A stretch of DNA of 64,000 nucleotides from Candidatus Campbellbacteria bacterium (GCA_016699465.1 CP064977.1:542503-606502); one strand, 5' to 3'. Positions 47,450 through 56,613 are shown, counted from the stretch's first letter. The notes: a model not told the origin generated them from the letters alone. A program made the numbers and translations.

Positions 47450-47520
47450 TGCGGGCAGGGAGAATCGAACTCCCGTCTCGTCCTTGGCAAGGACGTGTTC
47501 TACCACTAAACCATGCCCGC
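47450..47520 (-). tRNA. tRNA-Gly (anticodon GCC), CCA not encoded
   Basis: Acceptor GCGGGCA/TGCCCGC, anticodon loop TTGCCAA, T arm GGGAG-TTCGATT-CTCCC. Confidence 0.9.
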
Positions 47521-47868
47521 TTTTATTGATGCTTTGATGGACACGTCCACCACAAAGAACAGTATATCTATTTTTCGTCAATTTACCATATGTTTATAAC
47601 AATTTTAGGATACTAGTATATTCTTCGACCATGCATTTTTGAGAGTCGGTCACTGTTAAAGGTCTTTATATTAAAAGACAGTTAGTTTTTCATATGGTCT
47701 TTAATGAATGCGTATTTTAAAGGGTAAAATGTGGAAAACTGTGGACAATTAGGGGGATATGTGTAAAAGACAGGCAATTGGACACATGTAAAATGGTGGC
47801 AAAAATGACAATAATATAGCCTAGTTAAGCCGTTTTATGTATTTTGTCTCTGATAATGTCCGATATAT

Positions 47869-48318
47869 ATGTTTCACGTGAAACAACCACTAAACTGTTA
47901 CACGTGTAACGGTATTTTTATGAAAAATGACCCAAAACACATACAAATAGGGAAAATTGGAGAAGAATTGGCTTGTCTGTTTCTTGTGAAACGAGGATTT
48001 AAGATCGTGGAAAGACACTATTTAAAGAAATGTGGAGAGATAGATATTATTGCAAACAAAGACAAAGTTTTAAGATTTGTTGAAGTTAAGTGCGTTTCAC
48101 GCGAAACAGGGAATAGTGTAGTTTCACGTGAAACACAGAAAAGGCCAGAGGAAAACGTTACACGTGAAAAGCTTGAGCGACTTTCTCGAACAATTCAAAC
48201 ATATTTAGCAGAGAAACGTATTTCACGTGAAACACGGTATCAGGTAGATGTGGTTGCTATTCGCCTCAATCTAAAGGACAAAACAGCGCGCACACTATTT
48301 ATTGAGAATGTCCTTTAA
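47869..48318 (+). CDS. YraN-family (UPF0102) putative endonuclease carrying in-frame palindrome-derived VSRET-type repeats
   Basis: IGKIGEELACLFLVKRGFKIVERHYLKKCGEIDIIANKDKVLRFVEVK is the YraN core. Start may be the internal MKNDPKH. Six GTTWCACGTGWAAC palindromes lie in and just upstream of the gene. Confidence 0.55.
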   Translation: MFHVKQPLNCYTCNGIFMKNDPKHIQIGKIGEELACLFLVKRGFKIVERHYLKKCGEIDIIANKDKVLRFVEVKCVSRETGNSVVSRETQKRPEENVTREKLERLSRTIQTYLAEKRISRETRYQVDVVAIRLNLKDKTARTLFIENVL

Positions 48319-48488
48319 AAATAATAGAGGTTGGAAGTTAGAGGTGAGAGGTTAGAGATTAGTTTGGGAGTTGGTTTAGAAAAGAAAACAGCCCCCGGTT
48401 TCCCGTTGGCTGTGCGTGAGCTTCGGCTCACGACTTCGGAGATTCTGTTGCCAGGCTCTCCGCGGGCTCCGTAAGTGCTGGGTCAGGA

Positions 48489-48812
48489 TCATGCGCTGAC
48501 CTCAATTTCGAGGGTGGCATCCGGAAAGTGACGTCGAACAATTTCTTCGGTCACTTCACGCGGTTCCATCCCGAAATCCGCACTTTCCTCGAAAATCCAA
48601 ATGTGCTTGAAGTCGGCAAATGCTTGAATCTTACCTCCTCCAAGACACTGGATTTTCTGGTTACCCACCTCCTCGCGGAGCTTCTTGAAGAGTTCTCTGT
48701 GGTAGCCCTCTCCGATACGAAGCACCACAAGGGGTGACGACCCAACCTCGGCGAGAATGAACTTGCGGTCAATCTGGCCGAAATCGTTCCAAACCACGAG
48801 TTCGTTGGTCAT
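48489..48812 (-). CDS. hypothetical protein (107 aa)
   Basis: Clean ORF with plausible hairpin downstream. No family recognised. Confidence 0.45.
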   Translation of the reverse strand: MTNELVVWNDFGQIDRKFILAEVGSSPLVVLRIGEGYHRELFKKLREEVGNQKIQCLGGGKIQAFADFKHIWIFEESADFGMEPREVTEEIVRRHFPDATLEIEVSA

Positions 48813-49020
48813 TTTCTTCTCCTCAAAGATCTCGATGTGCGTTATTGCTCATCGTTCTGGACACAGTGTACATGAGTTTGAATATATTGTCAAACAAGAT
48901 GACTAAAATGTTTAGTGGTGATATCTATAAAATAGCCCTAAATAATGGTTTATATAGATTTCCACTTTAAGTTGTCAATAATATTGACTATTATACTTTC
49001 TTCGTATATGCTGTTTCTAT

Positions 49021-49764
49021 ATGGAATTTCAAGAACTCGTTGAATCACTCGGCTTTTCCGAGAAAGAGGCATCCGTCTATCTTGCCCTACTAAAGCGAGG
49101 GGCTGTGTCTGCCTATGGAGTTGCCGTCGCTAGTGGGCTCAAGCGACCAACGGCATATGTCATTCTTGATGAGTTGGTCCGAAAGGGTGCAGCAATTTTA
49201 GTCCCTCGCACTACAAAGAAGTTGTATCGTGCAGTACCACCCGAGAATCTTCTTGAACGTGCACGAGCAAGGCTTGAACGTGTCGAAGAGGCGCTCCCAA
49301 AAATAAAAGCACTTGAAAAAGTTGGCACAGAGAAACCACAGGTGTTGTATTTTGAAGGTGTTGAGGGTGTCAAAGAAGCACTGCGCTATGGTTTGAGTAC
49401 ACTTGAGAACAAAACTATTAAAGGATTCTACGCAAAAACATCCCCCGAGGTCATGAAAACATTTGGCGGATATACCGATTACAATGACGCGTTGAAAGAA
49501 CATAATGTGCACATGCAAGGGATTGCACCAAAAGATTCTTCCTTGAAATCATTTAGAGAAAAGGATACAGAATACGGACGAGAGTTCGTTGAGGTGTCTG
49601 AAAAAGAATACTCATCAGACATTGCTGTTGAAATTGGTCCAACATTTGTGCGCTTTTTTGATCCACTTAATTTGCAAGGACTTATTATTGAAAATCCCGC
49701 AATCACTAAAACAATGCGTGAGATTTTTGAAATCGTGTGGAAGTCATTGGAAAACGGTAAATAA
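49021..49764 (+). CDS. TrmB-family transcriptional regulator
   Basis: N-terminal wHTH LGFSEKEASVYLALLKRGAVSAYGVAVASGLKRPTAYVILDELVRKGA typical of TrmB. 247 aa. Confidence 0.6.
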   Translation: MEFQELVESLGFSEKEASVYLALLKRGAVSAYGVAVASGLKRPTAYVILDELVRKGAAILVPRTTKKLYRAVPPENLLERARARLERVEEALPKIKALEKVGTEKPQVLYFEGVEGVKEALRYGLSTLENKTIKGFYAKTSPEVMKTFGGYTDYNDALKEHNVHMQGIAPKDSSLKSFREKDTEYGREFVEVSEKEYSSDIAVEIGPTFVRFFDPLNLQGLIIENPAITKTMREIFEIVWKSLENGK

Positions 49765-49787
49765 AATGTTAGAGTGTTTGGGCATTT

Positions 49788-49861
49788 CGGGGCGTAGTAT
49801 ACCGGTAGTACGTCTGCTTTGGGAGCAGATAGACCGAGTTCGATTCTCGGCGCCCCGACCA
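49788..49861 (+). tRNA. tRNA-Pro (anticodon TGG), CCA encoded
   Basis: Acceptor CGGGGCG/CGCCCCG, anticodon stem TCTGC/GCAGA with loop TTTGGGA (G37), T arm CCGAG-TTCGATT-CTCGG, 3' ACCA. Confidence 0.85.
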
Positions 49862-49984
49862 TGAATCCTGTTAGAGATTACTCAGTTTGTTTCTCTCTGT
49901 AATAAGAGGAGATGTTTTTTGTCTCTCTATTTTATGAACGTACAATAACTACGGAAATAAGAAGTATTTCCTATCTCTAACGGG

Positions 49985-50299
49985 ATGAAAGACGAATCAT
50001 TTAAAGACTTTGTATTGGATCAACTTGTTGATATCCCTGATGTAACAGAACGGAAGATGTTTGGGGCATTTGGGTTATATTCTGAAGGAAACTTTTTTGC
50101 GATTATTGATGACGGTGTTTTGTATTTAAAAACGGACGCTGAAAGCAAGCAGAAATTTATTGACGCAGGTATGGATTGTTTTCGCCCGAGTAAAGACCAG
50201 GTGTTAAAAAATTATTACGAAGTTCCAGCAGACGTACTTGAAGACAAAGAAATACTCGCGCGGTGGGCATCTGAATCTATCACTCCTTTTCAAAAGTAA
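49985..50299 (+). CDS. TfoX/Sxy N-terminal-domain-like protein
   Basis: ...VTERKMFGAFGLYSEGNFFAIIDDGVLYLKTDAESKQKF resembles the TfoX N-domain core (competence-regulator family). 104 aa. Confidence 0.5.
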   Translation: MKDESFKDFVLDQLVDIPDVTERKMFGAFGLYSEGNFFAIIDDGVLYLKTDAESKQKFIDAGMDCFRPSKDQVLKNYYEVPADVLEDKEILARWASESITPFQK

Positions 50300-50440
50300 A
50301 TAGTATGTGTGGTGTGTGTGTTTTATCGTTGTTAAAGAAAGATAAAATGGTTGTGCGGGTGTTGTTGACTCTGTAGGGGTGCGTTGCTATACTCGTGCGC
50401 ATTCGCATACGGCGAATCATATTAATTAATATACGTACAT

Positions 50441-50596
50441 ATGTCAGATTTAGATGATGTTGTGCTTCCAACGGATGGAGATGAGGAGGAGGTCTCGAAG
50501 GACCTTAAAAGGGGTCTAGATCTCGAAGGTGAAGGGATTGAAGATGAAGAAGAGGTGGATGAATTTTTTGACGATGAGACAACGGACGAAGAGTAA
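50441..50596 (+). CDS. highly acidic micro-protein (51 aa), below ORF-track cutoff
   Basis: Hand-translated MSDLDDVVLPTDGDEEEVSKDLKRGLDLEGEGIEDEEEVDEFFDDETTDEE. No obvious RBS, so weak. Confidence 0.25.
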   Translation: MSDLDDVVLPTDGDEEEVSKDLKRGLDLEGEGIEDEEEVDEFFDDETTDEE

Positions 50597-50719
50597 TTTG
50601 TATAAAATACAGAGCCGATACGCCTACCTTGTAATGGTGGGCGTTGTCGTTTTTGCATTTTTTGGTACTATGCTTCTATAGCATTGTTTAATGGGGTACC
50701 CGTTTGAGCTTTAACAGAT

Positions 50720-50790
50720 GCGGGCATGGTTTAGTGGTAGAATGACTGCCTTCCAAGCAGTAGACGGGAGTTCGATTCTCCCTGCCCGCA
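50720..50790 (+). tRNA. tRNA-Gly (anticodon TCC), CCA not encoded
   Basis: Same acceptor/D/T arms as the GCC isoacceptor. Anticodon stem ACTGC/GCAGT loop CTTCCAA. Followed by terminator gccggatatgtgtccggc+TTTTT. Confidence 0.9.
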
Positions 50791-50950
50791 CAAACAAAGA
50801 AAAAGCCGGATATGTGTCCGGCTTTTTCTTATGTTTTGCGAGGTAGAGCAAACAAATTTCTTTGTTTGTGTGGAGAATCGAACGACGGAGCATGTTGCGA
50901 AGCAACTGTGAGTCGCGTCCAGCGAATCTTATGATCGAAGCGAATTAGAT

Positions 50951-50967
50951 ATCGCGGGACGATTCTC
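50951..50967. repeat. duplicated tRNA-Gly 3' end (17 nt, gattctccctgcccgca), att-site-like scar
   Basis: Exact copy of the last 17 nt of tRNA-Gly(TCC) 161 bp downstream of the intact gene. A further 12-nt partial copy lies at 51222-51233, adjacent to a repeated 22-mer gcgaattagatatcgcRggacg (50930-50951 and 51232-51253). Confidence 0.5.
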
Positions 50968-51360
50968 CCTGCCCGCACAGAAATAAAAATACTCCAGCAT
51001 CACGCTGGGGTATTTTTATTTCTGCCGTTGGAGAGAATCGAAAGTCGCAGGTGCGCGTCCTGTGGACGAGGAAGCACCGACCCAGTAGGTCAATGTACTC
51101 ATTGAGACGGGCAATCAGTAGATTGTGCCGAAGAAGGCTGAGAGAACACTTTGTATTTTTGAGCGTATGCGAAAAAATACTTAGTGATTTGTGGGCGATT
51201 CTCTTTGAAAAACTCGTGACTGATTCTCCCTGCGAATTAGATATCGCAGGACGGCTCTCCTTGTCCATAAAATTTTGTGATCAATTCTCCTAACACTTTA
51301 TTTTCTTAAAAACAAAAATACCACCATGCGGTGGTATTTTTGTATGTGAGACAATGAAGT

Positions 51361-51639
51361 TTATTTTCCCTTCACTGCTTCTTTGAGCGCCTTTGCTGCT
51401 GTGAACTTTGGTACTTTTGTTGCTGGAACTTGTACCATCGCTCCTGTGCGTGGGTTGCGTGCTGTTCGTGCTGCGCGTGCGCGAACTTTGAATGCACCCA
51501 ATCCTGCGATTGCAACTTCACCTCCGCTTTTGAGCGTTGATGTAATTGAATCAATGACTGTGTCCATGATGCGCTCTGCGTCTGCCTTGGTAACTCCGTG
51601 GCGTTCTGCAATGCGCTCAACAAGTGCTGCTTTATTCAT
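51361..51639 (-). CDS. hup: HU-family nucleoid DNA-binding protein
   Basis: MNKAALVERIAERHGVTKADAERIMDTVIDSITSTLKSGGEVAIAGLGAFKVRARAARTARNPRTG is a canonical HU/IHF fold sequence. Confidence 0.8.
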   Translation of the reverse strand: MNKAALVERIAERHGVTKADAERIMDTVIDSITSTLKSGGEVAIAGLGAFKVRARAARTARNPRTGAMVQVPATKVPKFTAAKALKEAVKGK

Positions 51640-51839
51640 ATGATTTTTTATAACCACTAGTGGTTGGTAATGGTTTGTGTTCGACCGTATATAAAAGTAT
51701 AGCAACGAAGCCGTTTTTTTAGCAATAGCTGTAGCATTTTGTGTGGATAGAGAATGTGGTTTGACAAAATATATTGATTAAGTTATAACTGTCGCCAGAC
51801 GAGTCGCTTGAACGACTCACGTGCTGATAGAGGGAAATA

Positions 51840-52067
51840 ATGATCTGGGTTCAGAAACCGCTGGAGAGGGGGACGCCTGTGTGGTGTCAAAGTACCACGC
51901 ACGATCGAGTACGCGGTATTGTGCTCGGTTCGAGAGAGGTCAAATTCAACGGCGCCGTGTGTGCCGTTGACTATGTCGTCGCTGACACAAGGACTTTCAA
52001 TGTCCTTGAGATCAGTGGGGACTGGGTTTTCCCCGAGGTGCTTACATTTCAGGAGGGATACTCATGA
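51840..52067 (+). CDS. hypothetical small protein (75 aa), GC-rich mini-cassette, translationally coupled (ATGA overlap) to next ORF
   Basis: Locally elevated GC. 4-nt overlap with 52064 start. Confidence 0.35.
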   Translation: MIWVQKPLERGTPVWCQSTTHDRVRGIVLGSREVKFNGAVCAVDYVVADTRTFNVLEISGDWVFPEVLTFQEGYS

Positions 52068-52402
52068 TGGTCATTACTGGACAGTCGTTCTTGGTGGGTG
52101 AGCACGAGTTCGTTTGGAGCCCGCCGAGATACTGCCAGGAGTTCAAGAGGAATGTTCTTGGATTCTGGTACGGCACCCCGGAAACCACGTGGGTTGGTCT
52201 CTTGAGAATTTACCCTTACGGGGAAAGTTTCAGGGCCTTCAATCTCCGCACGAGTGAGGAGATGAGGGATCTCAACGAGAGGGCACTTCTTGAGGTCCTC
52301 TCTCGATGGCTCCACGAGGTGGAACATCAGGAGAAGATGGCCAAAGCTCGCCAGCGAGCTACTCTTCCCGAAGTCCGCCAAGCTAGTGGAATCATTGCCT
52401 GA
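52064..52402 (+). CDS. hypothetical protein (112 aa), GC-rich mini-cassette
   Basis: Followed by terminator aggtcggctctcacgagtcgacct+TTTTT at about 52427-52455. Confidence 0.4.
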   Translation: MMVITGQSFLVGEHEFVWSPPRYCQEFKRNVLGFWYGTPETTWVGLLRIYPYGESFRAFNLRTSEEMRDLNERALLEVLSRWLHEVEHQEKMAKARQRATLPEVRQASGIIA

Positions 52403-52505
52403 TCTACCACGTTCTTTCACAACGACAGAGGTCGGCTCTCACGAGTCGACCTTTTTGCTATCCAATACGTTTTCTGTTACATGTTATACGTTGCGTGTAA
52501 CATGA

Positions 52506-54035
52506 CTACCGGGCGTATTCAATAACACGATTTTCTCTAATCACATTGACCTTTATTTCACCAGGGAACTTCAATTCTTTTTCAATACGATCAGCAATGG
52601 CACGTGCCATCGTTTTTGCTTCGATATCAGTAATCTTTTCAGGATTGATGAAGATACGAATCTCGCGTCCTGCTTGAATTGCGTATGCTTTCTCAACACC
52701 GTCGAATGATGTGGCAATATTTTCCAAATCACTCAAACGCTTGAGGTAATTTTCAACCGTATCACGTCGTGCGCCAGGACGACTTCCAGAAACTGAGTCG
52801 GCGACCTGCACAATGATTGATTCAATTGTTTCGTACGGATATTCCTCGTGGTGTGCTTGCATCGCTTTGATGATTGCTTCATCGGCACCAAACTTTTGCA
52901 AAATACGTCGTCCAATTTCAACGTGTGTTCCTTGAATTTCGTGGTCAACCGCTTTCCCGATGTCGTGCACGAGTGCTCCTGCTTTTGCCACGGCAACATC
53001 TGCACCCAATTCTTCTGCAAGCATACCTGCAAGATGTGCCATTTCAACCGAATGTTGCAACACGTTTTGCCCGTAACTTGTTCGGAAGTGAAGACGTCCG
53101 AGAATGGAAATAACGCGCGGGTCAAGTGTGAAGACACCGGCATCGTATGCGGCTTGTTCTCCTTTTTCTTTAATGATGTTGTTCACTTCAAGTCGCGCTT
53201 TCTCAACTTCTTCTTCGATGCGCGATGGTTGGATGCGCCCGTCTTTGATGAGGCGCTCCAATGCTAATTTGGCAACTGCACGTCGAACGGGATCAAATGA
53301 TGAGAGAATAATCATTCCCGGTGTGTCATCAACAACAACCTCAACACCAGACGCACGTTCAAATGCCTTGATGTTGCGCCCTTCTTTTCCGATAATCTTT
53401 CCCTTCATGTCGTCGCTTGGCAATTCAACGGATGATGACATCACGTCGGATGACACATTGCTTCCAAGTCGGTGAATAGAGGTAACCAAAATATCCTGCG
53501 CTTTTTTCTCAAGTTGTTCTTTACCAACAATCTCAAGTTTGTGCATGCGCACCATGAGATCTTCTTCGTATTTTTTCTCAACTTCTTTAATGAAGAGATC
53601 TTTTGCTTCTTCTTCAGTGAGGTGTGAGAGTGATTGCAATTCGTGTTGACGTTTTTCGGTCAACTGTTCTGCATCCGCGCGCAATCCTTTCACTTCCTCA
53701 ATTTTTTGTTTGAGTTCTTCACCTGTCTGATCAATGTCTGTTTGGCGCTTATCAAGAAATTCTTCCTTTTTGATAAGACGGTCTTCAGTCTTTTTTAATT
53801 TTTCCTCAAGTTCGCGTGCTTCAGCGCGGGTATTAGTGAGTGTTTCGTGTGATTTTTTTTCGGCGCTCTCGAGGACTTTGTTTGCTTCTTCTTGTGCTTC
53901 GAGTAACTTACGTTTTATTTCAAGCTCAACGGATCCGCGCTGACCAAGAGAAACAAGGTAGCGTAGGAAATATCCGAGAGCGATGCCGACCAAACCCGCA
54001 GCGGCGAGAAGGAAGGCGACAAGTTTTAAATCCAT
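52506..54035 (-). CDS. rny: ribonuclease Y
   Basis: N-terminal TM, long coiled coil, KH domain, HD domain (HSVEMAHLAGMLAEELGADVAVAKAGALVHDIGKA). 509 aa. Confidence 0.85.
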   Translation of the reverse strand: MDLKLVAFLLAAAGLVGIALGYFLRYLVSLGQRGSVELEIKRKLLEAQEEANKVLESAEKKSHETLTNTRAEARELEEKLKKTEDRLIKKEEFLDKRQTDIDQTGEELKQKIEEVKGLRADAEQLTEKRQHELQSLSHLTEEEAKDLFIKEVEKKYEEDLMVRMHKLEIVGKEQLEKKAQDILVTSIHRLGSNVSSDVMSSSVELPSDDMKGKIIGKEGRNIKAFERASGVEVVVDDTPGMIILSSFDPVRRAVAKLALERLIKDGRIQPSRIEEEVEKARLEVNNIIKEKGEQAAYDAGVFTLDPRVISILGRLHFRTSYGQNVLQHSVEMAHLAGMLAEELGADVAVAKAGALVHDIGKAVDHEIQGTHVEIGRRILQKFGADEAIIKAMQAHHEEYPYETIESIIVQVADSVSGSRPGARRDTVENYLKRLSDLENIATSFDGVEKAYAIQAGREIRIFINPEKITDIEAKTMARAIADRIEKELKFPGEIKVNVIRENRVIEYAR

Positions 54036-54310
54036 ACGGTTTTAGGAAACCGCGTGAAATTTTTGGAAAAATTAGAAAACCACAGCGAGAATTGGTAGAA
54101 AAGAAAAACGTTTCGAGAATTGAGCTGAATGGGTTGTCATATAGTTGCAAAAAGTTTCAAGCGGACTTCACGGTTTATTGTTGTAATGCGTACATCATAC
54201 GCCCTTTTTTGACATGTGACAAGGTGTTGGGTCCGTGTTGTGATGGATCAAAAAAGAAGCCCGCCTTTGAGAGTAATGGACTCTTTTGGCGGGCTGTGGG
54301 CTAGATCGCT

Positions 54311-54574
54311 CTAGCGGATAGTGACTCGGTCAAGTCGACGAAGGAGAGACTTTGTGCGTGCGAAGAGTTCCTCTCTCAAGGCGATGTCGGCTGTCAGAAG
54401 ATGAAGAACCGTTTGACCCCCCGTGGCAGGCCTGGTGTATAGTGCTTGCCGGACTTCGTTGATTTCCACATCAACACGTGCCCACTCAGCTTGCGTGCTT
54501 TTGAGTTGGGCTTGTAGTCGCCGACGCAGCCGCCATCGTTGCAGAAACTTCTGGAAGGGCATAAGAAGACGCAT
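54311..54574 (-). CDS. hypothetical basic coiled-coil-like small protein (87 aa), GC-rich
   Basis: AAGGAGG RBS 6 nt before MRLLMPF start. Minus-strand terminator gcccgccaaaagagtccattactctcaaaggcgggc+T-run downstream. Confidence 0.4.
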   Translation of the reverse strand: MRLLMPFQKFLQRWRLRRRLQAQLKSTQAEWARVDVEINEVRQALYTRPATGGQTVLHLLTADIALREELFARTKSLLRRLDRVTIR

Positions 54575-54647
54575 TGGTGCCTCCTTTGGTGTGGGCATCT
54601 GATAGTGTTATAGCCCAGGTGTAGTGTGAAAGTCAATCTGTATACGA

Positions 54648-54687
54648 AACCTACCGGCTTATTTGCACGAATAAGCCGGTAGGTTTA
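54648..54687. repeat. 40-bp palindrome aaacctaccggcttatttgcacgaataagccggtaggttt downstream of clpP
   Basis: Core arms ccggcttatt / aataagccgg shared with the palindrome at 27048-27081. Confidence 0.55.
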
Positions 54688-54703
54688 TGTGATTTTCGTA
54701 CGG

Positions 54704-55294
54704 TTATTTTTTCGTCGTCTTCTTTGTCAAAATAGAATCAATCACACCATACTTCTTTGCTTCTTCAGCTGACATAAAGAAGTCGCGCTCAATATCTTTC
54801 GTTACTTTTTCTTTTGATTGGCCCGTGTTTGCTGCCATGAGCGATGCGAGTTTGTCTTTCATCTTCAAGATGTGCTCTGCAGTAATCGCAATGTCGGTTG
54901 CCTGACCTTCAACACCACCAAGTGGTTGGTGAATCATCACTTCGGCGTTTGGAAGTGCGTGTCGTTTTCCTTTTGTACCTGATGAAAGAATCCATGCAGC
55001 ACCAGATGCCGCCATGCCGACACACACCGTTGCCACGTCGGGCTTCACATGGTTCATCGTATCAATAATTGCCATGGTTGCGGTGACAGAACCCCCAGGA
55101 GAGTTGATGTAAAACCACACATCCTTGTCTGTTTCTTGTGATTCAAGATGAAGGAGTTGGGCAATGATAATATTTGCCGCGTGGTCGTCAATTGGTCCAC
55201 CTAAAAAGATGATGCGGTCTTTGAGTAGGCGAGAATAGATGTCATACGCACGCTCACCAAATTGGGACTTTTCAATAACTGTTGGGATTAACAT
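54704..55294 (-). CDS. clpP: ATP-dependent Clp protease proteolytic subunit
   Basis: ...[38 protein letters not shown] (catalytic Ser and His region). Start placed at [11 protein letters not shown]. Confidence 0.85.
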   Translation of the reverse strand: MLIPTVIEKSQFGERAYDIYSRLLKDRIIFLGGPIDDHAANIIIAQLLHLESQETDKDVWFYINSPGGSVTATMAIIDTMNHVKPDVATVCVGMAASGAAWILSSGTKGKRHALPNAEVMIHQPLGGVEGQATDIAITAEHILKMKDKLASLMAANTGQSKEKVTKDIERDFFMSAEEAKKYGVIDSILTKKTTKK

Positions 55295-55677
55295 ATAAGT
55301 AGAGACTAGATATTGGATATTAGAGACTTGGCTAATAAGTTTAAGACAAGTATAACAGAAACACAAAATATTGACAATAGTGTTTTATACGTTATAATTC
55401 TTTCTAGAAAATCGTGGCATTGGAGTCACGTGTAAAACCCCAAGGAGAAGAGGTGTCCGAGTATAACTTGCGCATCGTCAAGGGAGGCGTAGGGAGGCGT
55501 CTTGTTCAAGATGCCCGAGAAATCGCAGAAGTCGCCGATCCACGGCGTCACCATCATCGAGATTCCGATGAACGGTCTGGCGGACGCCCTCTTTGGCCGG
55601 CACTAGTCGGCTACACGTTCTTCAGCGGTGAGAAAAAGGCCCGGTGCGTTCGCGTGCCGGGCCTCTCTTGTTTCTAT

Positions 55678-56082
55678 TTATTTTTTCTGTAATAAGTCCG
55701 GAAGTTTTTTAATACTTGGATCAAGTGGTAACTTGGAAATTTCTTCAGGAGAGAAAAAGCGATATTCAACCGCTTCATCGGAAGGAATGAAATTCATTTG
55801 TTTGAGGGTGGTTTGATAGAGAAGTATCATAACCCATGTTCCTTTTGGTGTTGGTCCCGCTGTCCAAACATAGCTTGGTACTGATGAAACCGATTCAACA
55901 TCAAATCCGCATTCTTCTTTTACTTCACGCCTGACTGTTTCCTGAGCATTTTCACCGTGCTCAATACCTCCACCGGGTAATTCCCACACACCCTTTTTTT
56001 CAAGCACTAACAAAACACGTCCATCGTTGTCGCGCACAAGTGCCTTTGCTGAAACACGATACATTTTGTTGTCGATGTTCAT
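55678..56082 (-). CDS. NUDIX hydrolase
   Basis: Nudix box GGGIEHGENAQETVRREVKEECGF (GX5EX7REUXEEXGU). Confidence 0.7.
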   Translation of the reverse strand: MNIDNKMYRVSAKALVRDNDGRVLLVLEKKGVWELPGGGIEHGENAQETVRREVKEECGFDVESVSSVPSYVWTAGPTPKGTWVMILLYQTTLKQMNFIPSDEAVEYRFFSPEEISKLPLDPSIKKLPDLLQKK

Positions 56083-56197
56083 GGTGGTTGTTTTTAAGTA
56101 CTACTAGAGTTTGATAATACTATATTTTCAGGTATAGTGCCCTCGGATGCTTTGTGTTCGTGTTGTACGCACAATTCACGCAGAAAAGGAATGCATA

Positions 56198-56512
56198 ATG
56201 ACAAGTAAAAGCCCCGCATGGTTTCGTGGTGGCATTGACCACGAATTTCTTCGTGATGTTGCTGAAATCTCAAACACACAACAGGTGCGCTTCATCATTC
56301 CGAGGTCGCTCCACGAGGAGATTCTGAATTTCTCGGGTGTGATGGGGTACAAAGGAAGCATTATGCGTACGCTCATCGCGAGCTTCGCTATTGCGCGAAG
56401 GATATACCACCTTGTTCGTGATGGTGGGAAGATCCTCTGTCTTTTCGAGAAGAATGGAAAGAAGGAAGTTGTCGAGTTGTTCTTCGACTTCAAGCCGTCA
56501 ACGGAGGTATAG
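56198..56512 (+). CDS. hypothetical protein (about 104 aa), GC-rich mini-cassette
   Basis: Start taken at MTSKSPAWF. Strong terminator acccgtccgctatcatgcgcgacgggt+TTTTT at about 56536-56566. Confidence 0.4.
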   Translation: MTSKSPAWFRGGIDHEFLRDVAEISNTQQVRFIIPRSLHEEILNFSGVMGYKGSIMRTLIASFAIARRIYHLVRDGGKILCLFEKNGKKEVVELFFDFKPSTEV

Positions 56513-56613
56513 AGCTGGTACACCGAACACACAAAAACCCGTCCGCTATCATGCGCGACGGGTTTTTCTATACAATCATTCGCTTCTTCGTATGAATGAG
56601 AAAACGGAAGGGA

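Noticed and set aside
55414-55692. 92-aa ORF
   Set aside because: It reads through a strong terminator hairpin (aggcccggtgcgttcgcgtgccgggcct) at its 3' end and has a weak start context. A shorter 31-codon frame or an sRNA is equally possible, so I report only a GC-rich transcription unit of uncertain nature in the findings.
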